From: Chrysomallon squamiferum | Taxonomy: Eukaryota > Animalia > Mollusca | DNA length: 64,000 nt | NCBI GenBank assembly: GCA_012295275.1 | Contig: CM022677.1 | Location: 14,012,001 to 14,076,000 of the forward strand | Reading direction: 5' to 3' | Shown here: positions 13,434 to 27,062 of the stretch, piece after piece | How the letters are laid out: every line of letters starts with the position of its first letter | Numbering within the stretch: the first letter of the stretch is position 1 | Program-made: the position numbers and the translations under genes | Notes under the pieces: generated by a model | Seen by the model: the letters and a program-made list of their open reading frames with translations, nothing else | Told to the model about the DNA's origin: nothing | Database searches by the model: none

Positions 13434-13806
13434 TGTAAATTATTCTGTTATTTTTGTAGTTTATTTCAAGAAATTGTGTTATTAAATATATATATATATA
13501 TATAAGTCCAGTGTAATCAAAATAAAACTGAAATAAAATATTTGTATGATAAAATAAAATTCTTCTGTCATTATTTCATTTAATTTTAAAACTATTTAAC
13601 ATTGTTTGTTGATATTCACCTATATATCTATATGTCTGTCTGTGTGTAAAATATAATGAATGTGTATAATATCAATGTAGAACTGTTATTATAAATTTAT
13701 TATTAACAGCTAATACAGATTATTGGGGTGTTTTTGTGTGGAGGTTCCAAGGGTACTCAGCTATTCTATTTCATTTTATTTTTTATTTTTATTTTTGAAG
13801 AAGAAA

Positions 13807-13908
<102 letters not shown>

Positions 13909-14084
13909 AAAAATAAAATAGGAGAAACAACCGCACGAAAGAAAAGTGCAAATAAAAATATAAAAACATAAATAAAATAACGATGTTTTAAAAACATGAC
14001 TAAATATGTATACTGGAGATCTACAGACACGCGTTTTAAATCCGGGTGTTAGGGGTCGTGTTTCCTCTTTATTTACTGAGTACG

Positions 14085-14700
14085 TTCAAGTTAGTTTCTG
14101 AGCGGGCGCATCACCTATTAAAATATATTATTGTAATTTCTATTAATGTCACTGTCGTTGCCGTCGTACCGGCGTTGCCCCTAACGTTATTGGTGTACTC
14201 CTCATTATTCCTTTTCATTTTTTACTCGCTGTTATTCTTATTTTCTGACCATTCCCATCTTATATTATGATTATCATCTCTATTAATGTCGCCGTCATTA
14301 CCATCGTATGCGACGTTGTTCTTAACGTTCTCTGTATTATTTTGCTTTTTATTAACTAGTATTCAAACTTTCTTAGTGTCCACAACCTATGTTAAAAAAT
14401 ATTATCGCTATTTTTATTAATGACGCCGTCGTAGTAGTGTTATTCTTTTGCGCTTTTTATTTCCTCATACTTTCTGAGCGGGCACATACTACGTTAAAAT
14501 ATATTAATGCAATTTCTATTAATGTCGCCGTCATTGCCGTCGTACCAGCGTTGTTCTGAACGTTTTGGTGTATCTATTAATGGGGTGATCGTAAAGGGGT
14601 TGTTCTTAACTTCTTAGTGTCCGCATCCCATTAAAATGTAATATTAGTTTTTATTAATGTCGCCGTTGTTGTCGTAATAACGGTGTTGTTTCTAACGTTA
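14085..14700 (+). repeat. Diverged ~110-150-bp tandem repeat, 5 units, CpG-richer than the background; mirrored at ~53130-53740
   Basis: Core 'T(C/T)TATTAATG(T/A)C(G/A)C(C/T)GTC...GTCGTA...CGTTGTTC..AACGTT' at ~14139, 14279, 14413, 14515, 14651. Confidence 0.8.
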
Positions 14701-15743
14701 TTACTTACTTAGTTATTAATTTAATTATTTATTTACTTCTCTAGTTGTTAAACATAGAAAATAATCTTCTAGACAGGTATATACTATTTCAACCTATTAA
14801 TAAATATTATGTTCTGCTTCTAGGACTAATGTTAAATTACTGCTTCAAAAATGTCTTATTTCTATATTAAAAAATCTATCTGAAAAATGAAAGAAGCATG
14901 AAATTCCACTAGTGTTCATTAAAAAAGTATTTTCAAAAAATCACAAAAACATTATTAAAAATATGGAGAAATATTTCTATGCACAGTGACAGCAATGACA
15001 GACTTTCACTGGAATTGTCTCATTTATCTATGAGAAAGATTTTTATTTTTACTATATGAATCAAAGAAAAATGTCAACATGAAAACATTAATGAAATATA
15101 CATATTTATATAATCTGTTCATTCTTTGAGTGTTTGAATGAAAGTAAAATATCTCATTCAGCTGTCTCTCTCATTCACTTAGCTGTCTTTATAACTTGTC
15201 TCTGTCTCATTTGTATCTCTAACTTGTCTCAGTCTAATTCAGTTGTCTCTGCCTCATTCACTTGTTTCTATCTATCTCTATTTATAATTATTTTATTTAT
15301 TTGTTGTTTATTATTAATTATTATTTTAGTTTTGTTTTTGTTTTTGCTTTTGCTTTAGGTTGGATATAGTTAGAAATTAAAGTGAAAAACAGAGCTAGAA
15401 GTGACTTCACTGTATTTCAAACTCAATGTGCAGCCAAGTTAACTAAATTTTCAGCATAATCAAAACAGTCTTAAGACAAAGTTGGACTATTGACATCTAT
15501 AGTTTGTTAATCAAATGGTTGTTAGAATGAGTGAAAATAAATATCAGATTTGTGGTTATTAGTAACTTAATTTTCACTACTAACAGATTTTGTAAAAAAT
15601 ATTTGATTATTGTTACTTCACTTAATATTTTATGAAGAGAGAATAAAAAATACAACTCACACCAGCTATTTCTAGAGAGAATTCATTTAAATTATGTAAA
15701 ATAAAGTATTATTTTTATTTTATTATAATTATTATCTTCTTTA

Positions 15744-15782
<39 letters not shown>

Positions 15783-17044
15783 TATTCCTATTATTGTTAT
15801 TTCCATTCTAGTTATTATTGTTATTATTATTACTATTACTATTATTACTATTATTATTGTTGTTCTTGTTATTATTATTATTATAAATAATTGTGCCTGT
15901 CATTATTCACTGGGTTTCTTCACTTGGAAATAAAACTAAACAACTTTCTTAGCTGAAATAGATGAGTTTTTTTTATTGCATACAAAGTAACATTAAACAT
16001 GATAATGCCCATTTAACAATTTGTAAACTTTACCATCATGATCATGTCTGTTTTTCATAAAGTACTATTCACACCAGCCCACAAAAACATTTACATATTA
16101 TTTCAAGTTCAGTATGTGCCTTTACAATGTCTTTGTGTATGTTTTTACTGATCTAGGTTGCCAAATGGGAAATGTAATTAAATTTAAATACATTATAGGC
16201 CACCGAATACAAAATTTATATCATTTAAAATATATTTAAATTAATATGTTGACACTATCTAATTTTAATGAATTTTTGTTTTAGACAAAGGGAAATGTAC
16301 ATATATTTAAAACATTTTTAAATTAAAATGTCATAACAATCTATTTTAATGAATGTTTAACGATATTGGCCAACAAGTAAGAAATCTGCATATAATTCTA
16401 CATTTAAGATGTTAACGAAAATATATATATTTTTTAATACATTTTTTAACAGACCATTAGGCCAACTAAAGGGAAATTATCTTATTCTTAAAGGTTTTAG
16501 TTTGTCTACAAATACAAAGTTTGCTGATGTGAAACTCTATTTCCAGATGTAATCAGCTGCAGAAACTGGTACATCTAAACATTCTGTAAATTTCTGAGTT
16601 ATACAAACATATATACATCTTATTTCTTTTTATTCATTCAAATTCAGACCATACTCTTAAATTGTGAAAGAGAACATTTTGTTTAATAATACAAGAATCA
16701 TCTCTCACTTAGCAAAACAGCACTTTTGAAAACATATTTATAAAAAAAATTAGATCACTTTTCATGATGTTAGAGTGCCACAAACAATTCAGTGTGATTC
16801 TAATTATGCATAATGAAGACACATATCACAAATAAGTTTTGCATATAATCAGCTAATAACAAATATTTTCAACACTTGTGAATTAAAAAAGCCTGACAGC
16901 TGGTGTAATATCATGATGAAACAAATACAGCATTTAGTTAAAATCAAAGATGGTGAATATTAATAAGAATTATTTTGCTAACAGTAGTAGTAGTAGTGGA
17001 AATAATAAAAATATAATAATACTAATGACAGTAATGTTAATAAA

Positions 17045-17081
<37 letters not shown>

Positions 17082-18466
17082 GAAGTTGTAATAACAATAA
17101 TTATCTTAATATTATTAGCATAATAGCATAATAATAATAATAATAAGAATAATAATAATAGTAATAATAAAAATAAAAATATTATAGAATTTTTACATTT
17201 CACCATTTGATATAAGACATTAACTTCAAAGAGTCTATTTTCTGTCATTATCATTACAGAAATGACTCAAATAATGTTCTTAAACACTTAATAAAAATAT
17301 TCATACTATATAATTAACCAATCCATTGAAAATATTATAATATAGGATGGTTTAAATATAAAATTACAGTAAGATATTTTTTTCATGTTCACTAAGAGTG
17401 AATTACAAAGTCAATATTTAAAAAAAGATAAAATAGATACATCTGTTTTCAATGATCAATACAGATAGTAAACTACTTTTGATTGGCTAATATGTCTGAG
17501 AAAATCATTTTCATTGGTTTAAAAACAGTTGTCACATATATTTTTATAGATAATACATAAATATCAAATGTGATATAAAACTGACATTTTAATTTTTATG
17601 TGATATTTTTCTTTGTCTGATGTCATGTTATAAAACAGGATTGTTCATTGGTTAAAGCTCAGATCTATTCTACTGTTTGACTGGCCAGAAGCTCTAATAA
17701 ATAAATAATTTCATTGGTTAATTATTAAAGCCATTCCTATTTTCATTGGTCAGCTGACAATCCAATCACCTCTCAGGATTTCATTTATAATTAAAGAGTT
17801 TTTTCTGTGCACAGTTTTCACTGTTTGATTCAAGTGCTGAGTTTAAAATGTAAATCCACTAAAACATTAACAAATATGTACAAAAATCTGCTAAGATGAA
17901 CAATTCATTTTTTCTGAGACTGTTTCCTGTAATAAGATTTCACTGGCTAGTGTGTTGTACCACTGTGTTGTATTGTTTCTTCAGATGTAACCGGTGATCC
18001 TTTGACACTGATTCACACAAACATTTTCTTTAGATCATCAATGGTAATTTAAATGAAGTGTTTTCTGTAATGTCTGTTTTGTTCATTTTGGTCACAGACG
18101 TTTGTCAAAATAAACACAAAGTTCTTTCACAATAATGTTTCATTTGCACATTTGTTTGAATGGTCCAAGGTATTGAATAATGTATGCCAATATTTCTCTG
18201 GCCTGAATTTTTCAAGAACAACACTGATTGGTTTTGGTGGTCATTTGTTACATTCATGATGATTGGTTTATTACAGATCAGTGGCCAGTCTTTTATTACA
18301 GACACCATGACTGGCTATTTTTAACTCTCAGATCACCATGGTTACATGATTGGTAAATAACAAACTTTTTTACCAGTCTTTTCTTACAGACACAGTGACT
18401 GGATAACAGAACTCTCAGAATTTTGTTACAATCATAGTGATTGGTTAATTTAAAATCCCAGATCTG

Positions 18467-20630
18467 CTATAATGAAGTCTCATTGGTTGGTGGCCTAACA
18501 GTGTCTATCTCAAGCACTTCAATTCTTTGTTTGAGCAGTTTTATCTGTCTCTCGTAGCGATCTGTCATCCCCTGTAACTGAGTCTCAAGTTTCTTCAGCT
18601 TGCTCTGGTACTTCTTCTTTGCTTTATCAAACGCTGATATCAAGGCACTGTAAGAAAAGAAATAAATGAAAAAAAAAAAAATATATATATAAATAAATAA
18701 ATTAATAAAATAAAATAAAATATTATTATTTAAAATTAGTTTATAGTATTAAGGCACTATGGGGGAAAACAAAGGAAAATGAAAAGAATATAAAATTAGA
18801 ATATGTTATTTATGTTACAAAAATACTAATCATATAAAGGAACTACAAAAATAAAATTAAAAAGCTATGTAACTATTATGTTAATTTGATTTAAAAATAA
18901 AAATAATATAGCAATGCTTTATAAAATAAAGTGAAATAAGAAGATGTAAAATTAAATCATTTATATTACAAAAATACTATACAATAAAATTAAAAACATT
19001 AGAATAATAATGATATCAAGACATTACAGGGCAAAAAATAAAGTAAAATAAAGATTAGATATGTCAATTATATTACAGAAATACTAATGCTATCACTACA
19101 AAACATTACAAAACATTACAAAAAAAAACAAAACAAAAATTAGATGCAATTTATGTTAGAAATATATAAATGTTAATAACAACAATATTAGTAAAAGTGA
19201 TTTTAGTACTGCACAAAAAACTCTTCCACAAAAAATCCCAGACAGAAAAAGCAATGACATTATGTCAATTTATATACTGTTTATATAATTATAATATTCA
19301 TATAATAAGTTTATAATAAAAATGTCTCAAAATATAATTTGAATTTCTGTTTGAAACGAGTGTATGTGTTTACATATATCAATGTTTATTGTAGAACATG
19401 AAGATTATGCATGACATGCATACACCTGTATGTTTACCTGTTAGCTCGTTTCAGGTCATTGACAAACTCTGCTGACTGCTGATGTCTGATTTCTGAGTTT
19501 TTAGAGATTTTCTCTAGAGCAGCCACTAACTCTTGTACTCTGAATTTGAGTCGTTTTTCTCTTCTGAGTGACTCACACAGGTCCTGAGCTATCTCCATTA
19601 CATCATTCGATCTCAACTCACAGATAGCTGGCACTGTCAGCTCATCATCTTCATCATCCTGATGATAAACAATTATTCATTAAGAACTTTAGTAATTATG
19701 AAAGCTATCAAATTATCATCTTTATGATGATGATAATAATGAAAACTTGATTGTTGTCTGTTCCTTACCTTAACACCTTGATGAATCAAAATTTAAAACA
19801 TTTAAAAAATAATAATTACAAATGTTTTCAATTAATTATTATCATAATGATACATTTAAAATTTAAAAAGTAATTATGAAAAAGAGTATCAGTGGTTATG
19901 GCATACAAAATCAATATTATGATATAACCTATCATTATTACCTATTATTATTACATTCTGTTGCACTCAGTATTCTTAGAAAGATACAATTTAAAATTAT
20001 AATAAAGAACTGTGATAAACAGTATCAGTAGTTATGACACAATGATCTATACAGTAAGTTTGTATTATTTGGTTTTCTCTGTTTATATGAACAAGTCACT
20101 TTATTTAGAATACTTACATAATAAAATAAACAGACATATTCTATAAATATTATTTAGATTTTTTTCTTTTTAAATCAGGTTTAAAACACACAAACATGTG
20201 ACAAATAATAAAATAAATAATGTGACATATCTACTGTGTATGTTATTATTATATTTGGTTCCCCTGTTTATATAATTATATCTGTCTAACTACTAGAAGA
20301 GATAAAGTAAGAGAAAATCACATGTTTCTGTTTGCCCAGTCTGTTTATATAAAGTAAGAGAAAATATTGTGTTTGCTCTGTCTAACTATATATATATATA
20401 CTGTCTAAAGATATATATATGTTTGCCCAGTCTGTTTATATAATTATATATATATATACTGTCTAACTTAGAAGAGATAAAGAGATAAATAAAACAGAGA
20501 TAATCACATGTTTGTGTTTGCCCAGTCTGTTTATATAATTATATATATATATACTGTCTAACTTAGAAGAGATAAAGTGATAAATAAAACAGAGATAATC
20601 ACATGTTTGTGTTTGTCCAGTCTGTTTATA

Positions 20631-20676
<46 letters not shown>

Positions 20677-22594
20677 CTAACTTAGAAGAGATAAAGTGAT
20701 AAATAAAACAGAGATAATCACATGTTTGTGTTTGTCCAGTCTGTTTATATAATTATATATATATATATATATATATATACAATCTAACTTAGAAGAGATA
20801 AAGTGATAGATAAAACAGAGATAATCACATGTTTGTGTTTGCCGTCTCTGCCCAGTCTCTGCTGGTGCTCTGAGATCTCACACTTGAGATGCTCTATCTG
20901 TACTCTGTAGGCCTGCTCCTGTGACTCCTTACCACTCAGTCTCAACTCCACAGCTCTCTTCTCCTTCTCCATCAAGTAGTTCTGAGCCTTCAGCTCCGCC
21001 TTCTCCTCCTGAAAAACAAAATTACAACAAGGTGAGTAAATTGAGTCTGTCCAGAATTCAGAAAATGTTTTAATACAAATACAGTATGATTCAAAATAAA
21101 GAAAAAGTGTCATTAATAAAATCAAAAGAACAGAAATACTAGTTAATGTAGTACAAGACATCAAGGTAGTTTTAATAATATGCTATTCCAATGTTAAGAA
21201 CAAATCTGTCTAGAATCCCAGAAAATATTGTTAAATACATAGAATAAACATAATAATAAATATAAAACAAAGTCCAAAGTGTTATTAGTAAAAGAATATG
21301 AAAAGAAATAATACAACACAAAAATAGAAGACAATTTTTATATTAATTTATTCAAATTGTTAAAAACACAAACACAATGAGAGAAGACTCCTGTTCACAA
21401 AAAATAATGGGTTATTCTGTTTTAAGATTAGCAGCAAGGAATTTTTATACAGACAGAACAACATATTTAGTAACACTGACCTTCATAGCCATCAGCTCCT
21501 GCATTAACACAGCATTTTCCAAATCCAGTCTTTGAGCTTCCGGAGTTTTCTTGGGTTCGTCAAGCAGATGATCAAAGTGTAAACTCTCCAGCTCCATGAT
21601 GGTCATTCTGACCACTGCCCAGTCATTCTTCAGTGACTGAATGTACTCACGCAGTCTCTGTTCATCGAGTTTGGTGAAGTCAGGGTCCACTGAGCTAGCC
21701 GTAGAACTGGACGTGCTGGACCATTCAAAATGAAAAGTTGCTTTGTTAAAGATTATCACTAGTTATGGAAAAGTCAGTTAATCAACTTGAAATTTATAAT
21801 TCTGTAAGTTAGGTAAAATCCTTTTAGAAAGATAGTTAATGCAAAGTCCAGTTAATTACAGCATAGACTTTAATATACTGTAAAATCTAAATTTATCTTA
21901 GTAAGAAAAAACCCAGTTAGATGCAAAACTATGTTTTTTTTACTTATAAGTCAATTTTGGGTAATAAAAGAAATAACAAAGGTAAAAAAATAGATTCCAA
22001 TAAAGTACAAAATAAAGATAATTTAGATATAAAAACACAATTACTTTAAGTATTCAAAACAATGTAGATTAAATTCAATACAAAGGTATTGTCTCTGTTT
22101 TTGAAGGTAAAAAAATACAGTCCATTTAAATATAAAGTCAGTTTAAATATTGAAAAACAAACTATTAATGTATAAAATACAGTCAATTTCAGTATTAAAC
22201 TTTAAGAGAATAGTTAAAATGCTAAACACAAAATCTTATTAGACAGAAAAGCAATTACAGTAAAGTATAAAACAAAGTCAAAGTAGAATAGCAGATGTCA
22301 TCTTGAAGTACTGAAAAAAAAAGTGTATTAATTAACAAAGTTAGTTTCAGTATTAAAAAAACTGAAACTAAAAATAATGGAAAACAAAAAGACTTCAAGT
22401 AAAGCATCACCTTGCAGTTCTGTTGTTAGAAGAGAGATCTTTCCAGGGGTGAGAAGTACAGGGTGTGGTGTGAACTCCACAGCTTCTGTCCAGTTTGTGA
22501 AGTAGATGTTGAGCCACACCTTCAGCAGACATCCTCGAGTGATGAGCTCTCTGTGGTATAGACGTCACCTCCACCTGATCCTCACACTCCTTTA
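18467..22594 (-). CDS. MCC: Open five-exon C-terminal MCC block, copy A (translation unproven)
   Basis: Five exons with AG/GT ends, compatible phases and no stops, ending RPPTNETSL-TAG; no intact upstream frame, so it would need an internal start. Confidence 0.4.
20270..20850 (-). repeat. Intronic minisatellite (~105-130 bp, variable (TA)n) built from the MCC exon end and splice donor
   Basis: Unit CTGG(G/A)CAAACACAAACAT|GTGATTATCTCTGTTTTAT...CTAAGTTAGA..(TA)n repeated about 5 times; about 3 units in arm B (46990-47270). Confidence 0.85.
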
Positions 22595-25500
22595 CTGAAA
22601 TTAACATTGAAATTAAATATACATTTAGTAAAATTAGCATTACAGATTTATTGTAGAATACACTAACATGCACAGATATTAAAAATTAACAATTTTCACC
22701 ATCTGTGCATTAGGCTAATTTCAGTGTCTATGTATTAACAGCTAACACTGAAAGATGTTAAAAAATAAAATGAAAAACAATTTTCACCATCTTTAGATGC
22801 ATTTTTAAAAGATAAATTAATGACAGACACACACAGTGTCTATATGTATTCTGAAATTAATAATCATTAATACTGAAATGGTAAAGACATATAAACACAC
22901 ACACACATATACAAAACTTAACTTTATTTATGTGTAAAAATAGAATGAATTTCAGTGATGTAGCAATTACTGAAATAATATATTTTTAAATAAGAATTTT
23001 AGTTGTAAACTCACCCAGACTTCCAAGTCCTGCAGCTCTGCAGTTAGGTAACAAAACTCCCATCAAAACTCCAGCAGAACACACAACTCTCCATAAGCCT
23101 CTATCATCTGATCAGAGTAGTTCATAGCCAACTGCAGCGCTGTGTTGTTAGACTCATACTTCCCCATCAACACCATCAACCTCTCCAAGTAGGACTTGCT
23201 CTCGTTCATTGAGGTGGCAATTTTGCTCTGAAGTCTTTCAAACTCAATTTCAAACTCTTTCACGTTAGTTTAAAATCAGTTAAATTTATATCTGATGTCA
23301 TGACAAAAATATCAATGATTTATTCTGTTTTATTGTTTAAGAATCTATTTATTTTAGTTAATTTGAAACAGAATTGCCCAAAGGCCAAAAAACAAGGTTA
23401 AAAATCGATATTATGAAAAATAATGGGTAATTCTGTGTTATTGTTAAAAATGTATTTATTTTGGCGATTTGATTTTGAATGATTGTAGTTGGGAAACATT
23501 TGTAAGTTTAAAAATCAGTTAAATTCATATTTAAAATTTGAAAAATACTGTCTATCATTCATTTTCTGTCAGTTTGATTTTTTCTGAGGTAATATGACTT
23601 GGAATTACCACCATAAAAAACCCCATTAATAAATTAACATATCATACTGGAAATTATGAAAAATATGTCTATTTTTTCCTTCATATTTTTGCCAGTCAAA
23701 TAACATTTGTGAATTAAAACATCAGTTAAGTTTCTACTGTAAATTATGAAAATACACTGTCAGCATATTCCAATTTAACATTTAAAAGTGTTAAGCATTA
23801 GTTATAAATTTGTTAAAATATTATGCTAGTGTGTTTTATGTGGTTATGTAACATTAGCAAGTTCAAACATTTTGTAATTTTCCAGTGAAGTTACATTCCA
23901 GCACAGGAAACATCACTGTGCATATAAATGATGTTAAATGAGATTTACCCCAAGGGAGGTAATTTCAGCACCAAGAATCTGTCTGTCTCCAGCACATGTT
24001 TTTAATTTCTTCAGTTCTGCTGTTTTAGCTACAGGAAACTGATCACTGCCTGCAGTGGTCCTGTGAATTAATAAGTAAATAAATAAATAATAAAATAAAT
24101 AAATAAATAAATAGAATATTTACATAAATACTTAAATAATAAATATACTATCAAATGTTTTTACTAGGAAAATAAGCAGCAAACGGAAAGAAATGGATGT
24201 ACAAAGAACAAATAATATATATGTATATATTATAGTTTGGTATTTTTAAAAAAATAATATATATATATGTATTATAGATTTTTTGTATTTTCTCCACATT
24301 CCATATATAAAAAAATAACACAACACACACACTGTCTACCTCCACTGATTCCCTTATAGTCACATGCAATAAAGATGAGAAACAAAATAAGAAATGTTTA
24401 TTTATACCTCTCTCCTGTGTTAGGAGTTACTTTTGTTACATGGAACATAAATGAATGACAATATAACAAATATTTATTTATACCTCTCTCCTGTATTAGG
24501 ATTCACTTGTGACTTTGTTGGTGTTGATGTTTGATTCTTCATGGGACTAGAAGACAAATCTGTCAGAGGTAACTTATCCTGTAACTCTTATCCTGTAACT
24601 GTAACAATTTATCCTCTAGCTTTTTCAACTGTAACAAAATAAAACAATTTATCCTGTAACAATTTATTTATTCTGTAACTCTTTCAGCAGTAAACAAAAT
24701 GTAATAATTTATCCTTTAACTATTTTTGCTATAAACTTTAAAAAAAGTGTATTTTCTAACAACTTTACAGTACTTTTTTTTAAGAATGTAACAATTCCAT
24801 GCAGTTACTAACAATTTAACTGTTACTCTTTCATAGAAAAACTCAATGCAGAAATTATTAACACAAGCCATACTATATAACTGAAGGAAAAAGCAATCTG
24901 TATAATTAAGTTTTGTGTTTCAATTCTACCTACAAATAAAAATATAAATATAATTATTTTAATATTTATGCAGAGTTACCTTTCTTTTCAACTTCTCCCT
25001 GTCATCATTAATATATTCAATATGGCTACATAGCTGTGTAAGTTCTATTTTCTGTCTGCCTATCTGTTCTTGTAGAACTGATATTCATCGTTGAGTCTTC
25101 TCTGATACGTTGAACGACGTTCAGCGTTCATTTTTTTTTCTTTCTGCAATGGCTGACTCTTCTGTGACAACTCACGGGAAAATTCTGCATTTATTTCAAC
25201 CTGTTTCTAAAACATCCAAAAAAAAAAAAAAAAAAAACCATTTATAATTATTCTCGGTTTTAATTTTATATTTTATTTAGTAATTTAAAAAAAAAGCACA
25301 TGAACAAATTTTAATTTTATTTGTAAATTTAATTCTATTTTTGCTCTTCTAATCAAATTAACTGATTGAAAAAATATCTCATTTTAACTATATATTTAGT
25401 TGGAACTTTTCTTTTTAATTCCGTCATTCCTTCTAACAGTAAGAAAATGAGAAAAATATCTAATTTTAATTATATATTTATTTGTTACTTTCTTTTTAAT

Positions 25501-27019
25501 GCCTTCTAGCAGTAAGTAAACGAGAAATTTTTTTTATAATAATTTAATAAATTTAATAAAAAAAATCCAACAAATTATAATATGTTGCTATTTATAGCAT
25601 AAATTAAAATTAAAATTAATAAACTTTTAAAACAATTGGACATCTATCTAAAACAGCCAAAAAAATAAATATAAAAGTAAATGATTACCAGGTCTCGCAG
25701 ACTGGAAGCCATTTGCATTATTCTCGTTGATACTTCCTCCATCATTGCTTTTGTCCGATCATCTTCTTCCACAGAAATGAAAAGAAAAAAAGAAAAAAAG
25801 AAAAAAAACACTTTCAAATGTCTTTACACTTTCTGGAATTTGGTATTTTCAACAAATTCATAGAAATTATTTCTTAGTCTTTCATTAAACACAGTAAAGA
25901 ACAGCAAGTTAATGGTGTTGTTTTACATCTGAAGAATGACTGACTTGACTCATACAATGAAAGAAAAAAATGGTTAAATCTCTTCGCATATTTCTGGAGT
26001 TTCAGGTTTTCAGGAATCTTTTCTTGTCCATTAAATACAGTGAAAAACCAGCAAACAAATGGTATTATTTTACAAAACATAATGACAAGCCAAAACTATG
26101 TTTCATTATGTGTCCCGATATATTATATTATTGTTTTTATTATTCATTAAAAACAGTGAAGAACAGCAAACTCACACGATATATTATTTAATAAAGACCA
26201 CTGACCTGATGACATTAATCTGGTGTCTGTTTTCTTCATCAGCTCTGCAATGACGTGTGAAGTTCAGTGACACGTTCGTCTAGAATCACTAAAATATTTG
26301 AAGTTTTGAATGGTTTTTGGATATAACAGTCTATAAGTAAATTAAAAAACATACAGACTAAATTCTCTTAGTATTCAAAATAACAACAGACATTTTTTTT
26401 TTTTTTGATGAATTTGAATTAGTATATACTGTACTTATTGAACCTATGTACTCTTTGTTTTATTGTCTGCTTAAGAAAACATCATAAATAAATAATCAAA
26501 TAAATACATAAATAACCAAATAAGGCAGAAAGTAAATATATAATAATAAAATCTTTTTAAATTTAAATTTGCTCATCAGATTAACGTACATATTTTCTAA
26601 ATCTTTTCCAGGAAGATAGCCAGAGTAGCTTTAAATCATCACCAAGAGTTATTGCCAAACACGTTATTTTCTAGTCAGGCTATATTCTTAGAATAACAAC
26701 ATTAAAAGGCAGGTGGAAATTTAATTTCAGGATAATGCTAGGAAAAAAATAAATAAAATAAATCATTTCTTACCTGACATTTAGTCAGTTATTTTTCTAA
26801 ATGATCTCTTTCGGCTATACTTGTGCCAACCTGTTGTTCAGCTCGATTATCTCCCATTTCAGAGAGGTCAAGGCCGCCTGGTGAAGCTGGGAAAGAAAAT
26901 AAATAATTTTAAATTATTACATTTTGCAACCAAATTAAAATAGGTTATCTTTGAATGTTTGTGATTCAGTCTATTTAATCATTCCTAAAGCTAATTAAGG
27001 AAAAAATATCGATAATGAA

Positions 27020-27062
<43 letters not shown>

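Larger units (their letters stand above)
18467..26886 (-). pseudogene. MCC: MCC (colorectal mutant cancer protein)-like partial gene, copy A; 5' exons disrupted
   Basis: Exons (minus): 26886-26774 (LHQAALTSLK.EIIELNNRL; frameshift and stop), ~26289-26206 (DERVTELH.VIAEL; frameshifts), ~25768-25689 (acceptor reads TGG), 25206-24980 (deletions), 24559-24484 (VNPNTGE), 24060-23949 (FPVAK...ILGAEITSLG), ~23263-23015 (acceptor deleted, frameshift/stop), then open exons 22594-22411, 21715-21481, 21008-20829, 19658-19438, 18647-18467. Recognisable MCC motifs GKYESN.TAL, QRLDLENAVLMQELMAMKEE, SEIRHQQSAEFVNDLKRANS, TNETSL*. Confidence 0.88.

Noticed and set aside
18105-18308. ORF MVSVIKDWPLIC... conserved in both arms (49339-49557), and MNESKISH... 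(15134, 52366)
   Set aside because: They lie in the near-identical duplicated region downstream of the MCC stop; conservation reflects recent sequence identity, with no domain or splice support.
24980-25770. Apparent fusion of a different gene to MCC (KQVEINAEFSREL..., EEDDRTKAMM...)
   Set aside because: Comparison with arm B (NAEFS*VVTKLESAIAERK) and the flanking exons shows these are frameshifted MCC exons.
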